Assembly (NCBI GenBank): GCA_964616855.1
Contig: CAZTUJ010000006.1
Location: 1-52,626 of the forward strand
Direction of reading: 5' to 3'
DNA: 52,626 nucleotides
Origin: an uncultured Gammaproteobacteria bacterium
GTDB taxonomy: Bacteria; Patescibacteriota; Patescibacteriia; Patescibacteriales; UBA12465
The position numbers were made by a program, and so were the translations under genes. This document shows, piece by piece, positions 1-7,984 of this stretch (position 1 is its first letter; each line of letters begins with the position of its first letter). The notes below the pieces were generated by a model. The model had not been told where the DNA came from. It searched no databases and was given only the letters and a program-made list of their open reading frames with translations.

Positions 1-63
1 GTTGGTTAGAGCGCTGCCCTGTCACGGCAGAGGTCGCGGGTTCGAGTCCCGTCCGGTCCGCCA
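1..63 (+). tRNA. tRNA-Asp(GTC), 5' end truncated by the window
   Basis: Anticodon arm CTGCC-CTGTCAC-GGCAG, T-loop GGTTCGAGTCC, encoded CCA at 61-63. Confidence 0.95.
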
Positions 64-66
64 ATT

Positions 67-97
67 AAAAATAGCCCTTAAATAGGGCTATTTTTTT
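67..97 (+). terminator. Intrinsic terminator after tRNA-Asp
   Basis: AAAAATAGCCCT-TAAAT-AGGGCTATTTTT inverted repeat with T tract. Confidence 0.8.
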
Positions 98-155
98 ATA
101 GAGGGCTTACTACTTTAGAATTGCTTGTGTTATAATATTAATATAATAGACCAAT

Positions 156-1427
156 ATGAATTTTAGTAATGACCAATATTTTTTAACTCTTCGCCATAAG
201 GCGGCAAATCCTGATGTTGAGAGTGAAAAAGAGCTAACAAAAGAAGAAGTTTTAAATTCTAACGATGTCGAGCTTGTTGTTAAATATGCCAAGGAAAATC
301 GCAGCCAAGAGGCCATCGATAAAGCCAGAGAACTTTTAGAATTAGCCCGAAAGATGGGAGAAGAACTTGTCCAAAATTTTCTCAACGCCTTTAAAGAATG
401 TGAAGCTCAAAAAATAAATTACTTAAATTTTGAAAATACGGCCAGTGGCCGGCTAGCTTTAAGCTCTTTAGAGAGAATGCCAGAACCATTTAAAACCACA
501 GCCGATAAAAAGTTAGCAGACTATAAGGAGGAATTGGCCTATAATACGGAATTATTGGAAAAACATAAAAATAATCAGGAAGAAATCTGGAAAGAGGTTT
601 TTGGTTTTGATTATTATAAGGTGCCAGATTTTAAGGAAAGATTTAAAACTTTTCTTTTTAAAGATATAAAGGGTATATCGCCTAAATATTATAAAAAAAA
701 TAGCTTAGAATTAGTGCAAGACCCTTTTGCTCTTAATTTTTTTGTTGAAGATCCAGAGAACTTTAATAAAGCCTATAATGAAGGAGCCAAAGACGCTGAT
801 GATAAATTTGGTGGATTTTCTAAACAACAAAACAAAACAACGGTTAATGTGATTAATGTAGGCACCCCCTCTCCGGAAGATGATATTCGTCGTAAGAAAG
901 ATGAGATTATTACCCATGAAGCCGAGCATGCTATTCATAGAAAAACCAATCCAATTAACGCGGTTCTATTAGAAGCGGATGTTTTAGAGTCCTGGATGGA
1001 TTTTAATTATGCTAAAGATCGCTTAAACCATGCAATAAAATTTGACTTCGAAGAAAGATTAAAAAAAGCTAAAGATGAGATTTTCGCCTATTTTAAAGGA
1101 GGCGCTGAAAAAGAAGAAGTGGAACAAATTTTACTTGATAAGGGTGCAGATGCTTCCTATGATTACAATAAAGAAACGAGAGGTCTTAACAGTGAGAGTA
1201 TTAATAGCAACCAACATTATTCCGAAGCGGAAAAACAAAAACTAAAAGATGCTATAAATTTTCTACAATCAGAATATGATAAAGTGCTTAATAATATGGT
1301 TGATGTGATTTATGAAAAGAATCAATCAGTAGAATTTTTTAGAAATGTCCCTATTAATGAATTATGGAAGTATTCAAACGGAAAGTATGATCGATTGGAT
1401 TTTTTAATTAGAGAATTTAAATTTTAG
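156..1427 (+). CDS. Hypothetical protein with zincin-like HExxH motif
   Basis: 423-aa ORF; THEAEHAIH plus downstream KDEIFAY (possible third ligand); extended -10 TGTTATAAT upstream. Confidence 0.6.
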   Translation: MNFSNDQYFLTLRHKAANPDVESEKELTKEEVLNSNDVELVVKYAKENRSQEAIDKARELLELARKMGEELVQNFLNAFKECEAQKINYLNFENTASGRLALSSLERMPEPFKTTADKKLADYKEELAYNTELLEKHKNNQEEIWKEVFGFDYYKVPDFKERFKTFLFKDIKGISPKYYKKNSLELVQDPFALNFFVEDPENFNKAYNEGAKDADDKFGGFSKQQNKTTVNVINVGTPSPEDDIRRKKDEIITHEAEHAIHRKTNPINAVLLEADVLESWMDFNYAKDRLNHAIKFDFEERLKKAKDEIFAYFKGGAEKEEVEQILLDKGADASYDYNKETRGLNSESINSNQHYSEAEKQKLKDAINFLQSEYDKVLNNMVDVIYEKNQSVEFFRNVPINELWKYSNGKYDRLDFLIREFKF

Positions 1428-1442
1428 ATTACCCCTTTACCT

Positions 1443-1484
1443 TCTCCGCCGATTAAAAATAGCTCTAGCTCAGGGCTATTTTTT
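1443..1484 (+). repeat. tRNA-3'-end-like remnant plus copy of the post-tRNA terminator
   Basis: TCTCCGCCGATTAAAAATAGCTCT...AGGGCTATTTTTT resembles 57-97 and 3686-3730. Confidence 0.65.
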
Positions 1485-1521
1485 ATATAAAGGACTTAAT
1501 AAAGATATAATCAATAGCAAT

Positions 1522-1550
1522 TTGACAAAAATATAGCTAAATAGTATATT
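1522..1550 (+). promoter_or_regulatory. Sigma70-type promoter
   Basis: TTGACA-17 nt-TATATT upstream of ORF 1593. Confidence 0.6.
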
Positions 1551-1592
1551 TTTTTGTTACCTTAACAATCATAAATACAGGAGAACCAAGTA

Positions 1593-2075
1593 ATGGAAAA
1601 ATTAACAAAAACACAGGGGATAAAAATGTTTCCCCACATTTGGACCATCTTTTTGTTCAAAGATGATGATTTCTTTGCGGAACCTTTTTCCGGCAGATCC
1701 TTGCGACATCGCTGCTATTTTGAGAAATCAAAAGGCATAAACGAAAGGCTCACCGTCTATTTTCATTTGAGCGAAGACGAAAGATTTGATGATTTAGTGC
1801 CTCTCCCGGAATCTATTTATTTCTACGGTGCCTTTAACGAGGTAACGGTTTACCAGATAAGGAGTCTGGGGAATATCAGGAAGATGACCAAAAGAGAAAG
1901 GACTAAATTCATTAAAATAATCACCGACAGGTTAAATGGAAAAAACGTGGGTGACAAGTTATGGATTAAACCCACAGACCGGGAGATCGAAAAAGCTCTA
2001 TCAAAACTCACCTCCGGAGAATTCTATTGCTTCGAACCTCTTGAGTATGCCTATCACATATACGAAAGAGGATAG
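1593..2075 (+). CDS. Hypothetical protein
   Basis: 160-aa ORF with its own promoter, AGGAGA upstream and a terminator at 2102-2127. Confidence 0.6.
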   Translation: MEKLTKTQGIKMFPHIWTIFLFKDDDFFAEPFSGRSLRHRCYFEKSKGINERLTVYFHLSEDERFDDLVPLPESIYFYGAFNEVTVYQIRSLGNIRKMTKRERTKFIKIITDRLNGKNVGDKLWIKPTDREIEKALSKLTSGEFYCFEPLEYAYHIYERG

Positions 2076-2101
2076 AACCCTAAAGTTACTCCAGTCCCTA
2101 C

Positions 2102-2127
2102 AAAAGCCGCCCCCAAGCGGCTTTTTT
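2102..2127 (+). terminator. Intrinsic terminator
   Basis: AAAAGCCGC/GCGGCTTTT hairpin plus T tract. Confidence 0.7.
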
Positions 2128-2248
2128 ATATAAATTAACCACTCTGTAACCTTTGCAAAAAATAAGCGGCTACATATACGCAAAGATAATTTCAATGTAT
2201 ACTAAATATAGAGATAACTTAATAAAAACCGTAAATAATCATAAATTT

Positions 2249-2740
2249 ATGAAAATAATGTTACTAATATTTGCCAGCTCAATTTTCCTGCTCAGTGGCT
2301 GTACGGCCACTGACAAGGTAATTGATAATAATGTAAAGATAGACGAGATTCCGGTGCTTGAATTAAAGGAAAAACTAGATTTAAGTAACCAACAATTAGA
2401 CAAACTGCCTGCTAACGTCTTTGAACAAACCAATCTAGAGGGACTTAACATCTCTGGCAATGCCCTCAGCGGCTCTATCCAGGCAGAGATTCGCCAGCTC
2501 AGCAAGCTCAAGGTCCTCAACGCCAGCAATAACCTCATGACCGGCGTACCGGCAGAAATTGGCCAGTTAGAAAACTTGGAAGTATTAGATTTATCCAATA
2601 ATCAATTAACCGGCCTTCCCTATGAATTGGGTAATCTGAAGAATTTAAAAACATTAAATATCTCCGGGAATAATTATTCAGAAGCGGACTTAAAAATCAT
2701 AACCGACAAACTTCCTCAAGGTGTTAATATTATTAAGTAA
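2249..2740 (+). CDS. Leucine-rich repeat lipoprotein
   Basis: Start moved to ATG 2249 (MKIMLLIFASSIFLLSGC, lipobox LSGC); about 5 LxxLxLSxNxLxxxP repeats. Confidence 0.85.
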   Translation: MKIMLLIFASSIFLLSGCTATDKVIDNNVKIDEIPVLELKEKLDLSNQQLDKLPANVFEQTNLEGLNISGNALSGSIQAEIRQLSKLKVLNASNNLMTGVPAEIGQLENLEVLDLSNNQLTGLPYELGNLKNLKTLNISGNNYSEADLKIITDKLPQGVNIIK

Positions 2741-2743
2741 TAT

Positions 2744-3490
2744 ATGATGCTCAAAATAATTGGCAGTGGTACCTGCGTACCCTCAATCAAAAGAAGTTCT
2801 CCCGCTAACTATATCAAGACTAAAAATAAGCAGATTTTAGTAGATTGTGGAGCAGGAACATTAATTCAATTGGAGAAGAATGGGGTAAGCTACAAGGAGA
2901 TTGATATTGTCTGTTTTTCCCACTACCATACCGATCATATCTCTGACTTAAACGCTTTAATCCAAGCCCTTAACTGGACGCCCAAATTTGATCGAAAGAA
3001 AGATTTAGTTTTAATCGGCTATCCTGGCTTTAAAAAGTTCTTCCAAACCTATATCGAACCGCGGGGCGGCAAAGCTAGACCCAAGACCTACAAGATAATC
3101 ATTAAGGAGATAAAGGGAGATCTGAAATTCGGTAATCTCGCCATCTTTTCCTATAAAACCAAACATGCCCCGGAAAGCATTGCCTATCGCTTTAGTGAAG
3201 GCGGTAAATCGCTAGTCATTTCTGGAGACACTGACTTTGACCCAGGCTTAGGTGAGTTCTCAAAAAATGTAGATTTACTAGTTCTGGAATGCGCCTTTGC
3301 TAATAAAGATAAGGAAATCGGACACTTGATTCCTAAAGAATGCGGGGAGATAGCCAAAATAGCTAATCCTAAGAAACTGGTCCTTACCCATATCTATCCC
3401 TTATCATCAGGGGAGAAAAGACTACAAGAGACTAAGAAATTGTTTAAAAATACCATTCTCGCTCAAGATGGCATGAATTTCAAAATATAA
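2744..3490 (+). CDS. MBL-fold metallohydrolase, RNase Z/ElaC-like
   Basis: IGSGT, LVDCG, HYHTDH, SGDT, LEC and LTH motifs. Confidence 0.85.
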   Translation: MMLKIIGSGTCVPSIKRSSPANYIKTKNKQILVDCGAGTLIQLEKNGVSYKEIDIVCFSHYHTDHISDLNALIQALNWTPKFDRKKDLVLIGYPGFKKFFQTYIEPRGGKARPKTYKIIIKEIKGDLKFGNLAIFSYKTKHAPESIAYRFSEGGKSLVISGDTDFDPGLGEFSKNVDLLVLECAFANKDKEIGHLIPKECGEIAKIANPKKLVLTHIYPLSSGEKRLQETKKLFKNTILAQDGMNFKI

Positions 3491-3509
3491 TCATTAATCT
3501 ATAGACCCT

Positions 3510-3534
3510 AAAAAACACCCGAAAGGGTGTTTTT
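3510..3534 (+). terminator. Intrinsic terminator
   Basis: AAAAACACCC-GAAA-GGGTGTTTTT. Confidence 0.8.
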
Positions 3535-3605
3535 GTTTAGTTACTAGGGATAAAATTTGCCTTTTTCAAAAAAATCAGTAAAAATGAAGCTATAAACACC
3601 TAAAA

Positions 3606-3692
3606 GGAGAGGTGCCAGAGTGGTCTAATGGAACGGTCTTGAAAACCGTCGCTGGTGAAAGCCGGCCCAGGGTTCGAATCCCTGCCTCTCCG
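3606..3692 (+). tRNA. tRNA-Ser(TGA)
   Basis: Acceptor GGAGAGG/CCTCTCC, anticodon loop CTTGAAA, long variable arm, GGTTCGAATCC; CCA not encoded. Confidence 0.95.
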
Positions 3693-3698
3693 CACACT

Positions 3699-3730
3699 AA
3701 AAATAGTCCTAAAATTAGGGCTATTTTTTT
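3699..3730 (+). terminator. Terminator after tRNA-Ser (same family as 67-97)
   Basis: AAAAATAGTCCT...AGGGCTATTTTT. Confidence 0.75.
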
Positions 3731-3798
3731 GATAGGGAGTTTATCGCTTTGGAACGTTATGATATAATTTAATAGTAATTTAATTAATTTTTAGCAAT

Positions 3799-4347
3799 AT
3801 GAAAAAATCCAAAAAATATTTTTTAATTTCCATCATATTATTTTTGACAGCAGTGATTATTTTGGTAATTACAAATAGGAGCTTAGTAGATAGAGTTTTT
3901 ACAAAAAAATGTGAAATGAAAAAAGTTTCCTATGCGCTGGAGACAGATTGTGTTTATTTATATAGTAAAGGGGAAAAGATAGAAAATAGTAACTATCAAT
4001 CATTTAAAAATCTTGAGGTTCCATATCATTATTCTCATTCTTCCCTAGAGACTGAAACATTATTTTTTGTAGACAAAAGTAATATTTATATAACCACCTC
4101 TGGCGATGACCTCAACATGTCCCCTGAGTCGCTATTAGTCAGACCAAACGATCTTCACGCACCATCTTTAGAATTTTTAGAATATATGTATGCTAAAGAT
4201 AAAAATCATGTTTATTATAACTTTGATATTATAGAGAGAGCAGACACTAAAACATTTATGGTCGAAACTGGTAAATTACCCTCGAACGCCACTTATATGG
4301 CGAAAGATAAAAATTTATATTTTTGGAGAGGAAGTATTGTTTATTAG
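3799..4347 (+). CDS. DKNYY-family membrane-anchored protein
   Basis: N-terminal TM; repeats VDKSNIY, YAKDKNHVYY, MAKDKNLYF. Confidence 0.75.
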   Translation: MKKSKKYFLISIILFLTAVIILVITNRSLVDRVFTKKCEMKKVSYALETDCVYLYSKGEKIENSNYQSFKNLEVPYHYSHSSLETETLFFVDKSNIYITTSGDDLNMSPESLLVRPNDLHAPSLEFLEYMYAKDKNHVYYNFDIIERADTKTFMVETGKLPSNATYMAKDKNLYFWRGSIVY

Positions 4348-4487
4348 GGCAGGATTAATTGTCCGGGCCCAGTATTATATAAAATCAGTTTATTCGAGGC
4401 AAGAGTTTATTGATTGTGCTAATTGATAATTATGGCAGAAATTTATAAATGTTTTCGGTAATTTTATAAAATAAAAGTTCCAACTAC

Positions 4488-4547
4488 ATCCCACTCTCTC
4501 CGCAGAACAGGACGAAGTGAGTCTAAAATCTCATTTTGTCCTTTTTT
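4488..4547 (+). repeat. tRNA-Ser-like 3' end remnant plus terminator
   Basis: ATCCCACTCTCTCCGCA versus tRNA-Ser end ATCCCTGCCTCTCCGCA, followed by hairpin AGGACGAAGTGAG/CTCATTTTGTCCT and T tract. Confidence 0.65.
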
Positions 4548-4638
4548 ATAGGAGTTGTTGAAAGTTCGAACTTAGCAATTTTGACAATTGCAGTTTTATT
4601 ACTTGACAATAATATAAATTTACTTTACAATAATTAAT

Positions 4639-5661
4639 ATGAACAATAAATCAACTAAAATTAGGGAATTTATAATAAGTATGCTACCGGAGCATTCCGG
4701 TGACATTGTGGCTTTGACGGCGGCAGAATTTGGAATTACTCGTCAAGCAGTTCATTTGCATATAAATAAAGAGATAAAATATGGCAATATAGTTAAAATT
4801 GGTTTAACAAAATCAGCTAGATATTTTTTGATTGGCGGTAATAAAATTGAATTTAGCCACAAAATAAAAGATGGAATAGAAGAGGATAGAGTTTGGTCTA
4901 AATATGTAAAGCCGATGATGTTGAAATATTCCGATAATATTCAAGGGGTAATCTCTTATGGCTTTACGGAAATTTATAATAACGCTATAGATCATTCCAG
5001 TGGGACATCAATATATACTCAAATTGAGGTTAAGGATGGAAATATAGAAATAATAATAATGGATAATGGAATAGGAATATTTAAAAAAATTCAAGAGTCA
5101 TTGAAACTTGATTCGGTAAGAGAATCACTGCTACATTTATCAAAAGGTAAATTTACTACCGATCCAAAGAGACACACAGGGGAGGGAATATTTTTTACTT
5201 CTAGGATCTTTGATCAATTTTCTATATTATCAAGTGATTTATACTATAGCTTCACAAACCAAGATTGGCTTCTTTCAAGTGAGAAAAATGAGAATTTTGG
5301 CAAAGGAACATTAATAAAAATGGTTATATCTATTAATTCCACCAAGACGCCAAAAGAAATCATGGATAAATATACCGATAAAAATTTTGGTTTCTCTAAA
5401 ACGATAGTTGCCGTGGCTTTGAGTGCTGATCCTAACGATCCGCATGTTTCAAGGTCTCAAGCAAAACGTTTAATGATGGGCCTGGATAAATTTAAAACAA
5501 TAGTTTTAAATTTTGAGGGGGTCTCTTCGGTTGGTCAAGCATTTGTTGATGAAATATTTAGAGTTTTTAAGAATGAACATCCTAACATCGAAATACAATA
5601 TATTAATGCAAATAATGCTGTGGATGGCATGATTAAGACAGGCACCCCAAAAATTCAATAA
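4639..5661 (+). CDS. HTH + HATPase + STAS-like (DUF4325) protein
   Basis: GITRQAVHLH (HTH); EIYNNAIDHS, DNGIGI, GEGIFF (GHKL boxes); C-terminal SRSQAKR...FVDEIFRVF. Confidence 0.85.
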   Translation: MNNKSTKIREFIISMLPEHSGDIVALTAAEFGITRQAVHLHINKEIKYGNIVKIGLTKSARYFLIGGNKIEFSHKIKDGIEEDRVWSKYVKPMMLKYSDNIQGVISYGFTEIYNNAIDHSSGTSIYTQIEVKDGNIEIIIMDNGIGIFKKIQESLKLDSVRESLLHLSKGKFTTDPKRHTGEGIFFTSRIFDQFSILSSDLYYSFTNQDWLLSSEKNENFGKGTLIKMVISINSTKTPKEIMDKYTDKNFGFSKTIVAVALSADPNDPHVSRSQAKRLMMGLDKFKTIVLNFEGVSSVGQAFVDEIFRVFKNEHPNIEIQYINANNAVDGMIKTGTPKIQ

Positions 5662-5768
5662 ATATTTTTCAACATCAAAATCAGCTAATACTAATGACGA
5701 TCTATTAAAAAAGTTAGAATATTATCCCCCGCCGCCAAGACAATTTAACATCAAATAGCCTCGTATAT

Positions 5769-6119
5769 ATGAAATTAAGATATATCGTAATTAAGGTTAA
5801 AAACATTGAAAGAGCTAAGGATTTTTATTCTCGCCTTTTAAGTATGGAGCCGACAAAAATAGAGCGAGACAGAATGGTGGTCTTTGATCTACAAAATATA
5901 AAAATAGGATTATATAATCCAATTGCGGATGGAGATTCTTTATCTGATTCTGATTTTGGACGTAATTGCTACGCGTGTTTTGGAGTAGATGATGTTGAAC
6001 TTGAACTAAAACGAGTTTCTGAATTTGCTAAAATTATATGTCATAAAAAGGTTGACTATCACGATTGGTTTGAATTTAAAGATTCAGAAGGAAATCTTTT
6101 AGAGGTACATAAAATATAA
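5769..6119 (+). CDS. VOC/glyoxalase family protein
   Basis: VKNIERAKDFYSRLL and FKDSEGNLLE motifs. Confidence 0.85.
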   Translation: MKLRYIVIKVKNIERAKDFYSRLLSMEPTKIERDRMVVFDLQNIKIGLYNPIADGDSLSDSDFGRNCYACFGVDDVELELKRVSEFAKIICHKKVDYHDWFEFKDSEGNLLEVHKI

Positions 6120-6664
6120 TGAACTTATTCTCCAAAACAATTGAATATGTAGATGAAGCCTTCGGGGGCAAAAAACCTCATTTTGAGAGAACGGTGTTTT
6201 GGCTAGAGAAATTCCTGCCCGAAGCCACCGAAGCGCATAAAATTGCCGCCTATAGCCACGACATAGAGAGGGCTTTTAGAGAAAAAGGTAAATCAATCCC
6301 GGAAAATTATCTTGACCAAAAGTTTTTAATAAATCATCAAGAAAAAGGAGCGGAAATAATGGCGACCTTTCTTAACCATCAAGGCGCCCCCAAAGATCTA
6401 ATTGAAACCGTCACTTCCCTTATTACCGGCCACGAAACTGGCGGCAATAAGGAACAGACTGCGCTGATGGATGCTGATTCGGTTAGCTTTTTTGAAACTA
6501 ACGCCAAAATGTTTGTAAATCAGAAGGCTCCGATAGAAGGCTATAAAAATGTTAAAGAAAAACTTGATTGGATGTTTAATCGTATAAGCTCTGAAGAACA
6601 TAAGAAATTTGCCGAAGAAAATTATAAAAAGTGGTCAGAAGCTCTGGAAGCTTATAATAAATAA
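6119..6664 (+). CDS. HD-domain protein (DUF4202-like)
   Basis: H...SHDIER...H...HE...DADS pattern. Confidence 0.75.
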   Translation: MNLFSKTIEYVDEAFGGKKPHFERTVFWLEKFLPEATEAHKIAAYSHDIERAFREKGKSIPENYLDQKFLINHQEKGAEIMATFLNHQGAPKDLIETVTSLITGHETGGNKEQTALMDADSVSFFETNAKMFVNQKAPIEGYKNVKEKLDWMFNRISSEEHKKFAEENYKKWSEALEAYNK

Positions 6665-6676
6665 TTACATCTCTCC

Positions 6677-6705
6677 CAAAAAACCTCAGCCCCTGAGGTT
6701 TTTTG
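6677..6705 (+). terminator. Intrinsic terminator
   Basis: CAAAAAACCTCAG-CCC-CTGAGGTTTTTTG. Confidence 0.75.
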
Positions 6706-6764
6706 TTAAAATCTATCCTTTTATCTTCTCCGTGATATAATATATCTATAATAATCCCAATCAT

Positions 6765-7970
6765 ATGATTGAAAACAGCATTGTTTATCGAGATTTTAAA
6801 GGTAAATATGAATACTTCCCGTTGGCAAAAGCGGAAGGCTCTTTAATTTGGAACCGTCAGGGCCAGAGATATATCGACTTTTCTTCGGCCTGGAATGTCA
6901 CCAATCTGGGTTGGAATCATCCGGAAATAAGTGCAGCGATTATTGAACAGACTAAGAAGAATACCCAAAGTCTTCTCTGGGGCTCTGATGTTATTCAAGA
7001 AGAATATGCGCAAGCCCTGACCGCTGCTCTCCCCACAGAACTAAATGCCTGTATTAAAGAAACTAGCGGTACCGAATCAGTAGAAGTGGCGATTAAAGTG
7101 GCCCGCGTCTATACAGAAAGAAAAAAGATTATTGGTTTCAACGCTCACTACCACGGACAACTCTTTGCGGCCCTAGCCCTGGGCTATCCTCAAAATTCCC
7201 ATCCCAAATTAGATCCCTTAGTCCCGGAAATTACTCCTTTTGCTTTTCCGCATAATAAAATTAGTGAAGCAGAGTGGCAAAAGTTTCTCTCAGACTTTGA
7301 AGAAACTCTTTCTAAAAGAGACATCGCCGCAGTGGTCACTGAACCGGGCATTATCACCGGCTGGGGTTCAACTCTCCTTGCTCATCCCGGATATTTAAGC
7401 AAACTGCGTGAACTCACCACTAAATATGGCACCCTGCTGATAGTTGACGAAGTGGGCTCAGGCTTTTCCCGCACCGGCAAACTCTTTGCGATTGAACATG
7501 AAGGAATCGTGCCTGATATGATTGCCCTAGCTAAAGGCATCTCTAACGGAACAGCGGCTATTGGTGCGGTCGTGGGAAAATCGGAAATATTTGAAAAAGC
7601 TTTTGCCGAATCAATTTTAGTTTCCACCTTTGGCTGGACGCCGATTGCCTGTGCGGCCGCCTTAAAAACCCTGCAAATCCATGTACGCGACAAGACTTGG
7701 GAAATGGCCGAACAAAAAGGAAATTATATCAAAGAAAAACTACAGGCCCAGATAGGTGAAAACTTGATTGGGGTAAGGGGTATGGGCTTAGAGATTGGCG
7801 CTCAGTTTAAAGACGCGGAAACCTGCGCTAGAGTCCAAAAAGCCTGCTTTGAAGACGGTCTACACGTCATTGTCGGCAGCGGCAGTAATATGCAGATTAT
7901 GCCCCCGCTCACTATTTCCCAGGAATTACTAGATGAAGGCTTGGATATTTTGATAAAAAACTTAAAATAG
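6765..7970 (+). CDS. Class III PLP-dependent aminotransferase
   Basis: SGTESVE, YHG, LLIVDEVGSGFSRTG, PDMIALAKG (PLP lysine), STFG. Confidence 0.9.
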   Translation: MIENSIVYRDFKGKYEYFPLAKAEGSLIWNRQGQRYIDFSSAWNVTNLGWNHPEISAAIIEQTKKNTQSLLWGSDVIQEEYAQALTAALPTELNACIKETSGTESVEVAIKVARVYTERKKIIGFNAHYHGQLFAALALGYPQNSHPKLDPLVPEITPFAFPHNKISEAEWQKFLSDFEETLSKRDIAAVVTEPGIITGWGSTLLAHPGYLSKLRELTTKYGTLLIVDEVGSGFSRTGKLFAIEHEGIVPDMIALAKGISNGTAAIGAVVGKSEIFEKAFAESILVSTFGWTPIACAAALKTLQIHVRDKTWEMAEQKGNYIKEKLQAQIGENLIGVRGMGLEIGAQFKDAETCARVQKACFEDGLHVIVGSGSNMQIMPPLTISQELLDEGLDILIKNLK

Positions 7971-7984
7971 CTAAGCTTAGATCT

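Noticed and set aside
2153-2248. N-terminal extension of the LRR ORF
   Set aside because: ATG 2249 gives a proper lipoprotein signal peptide.
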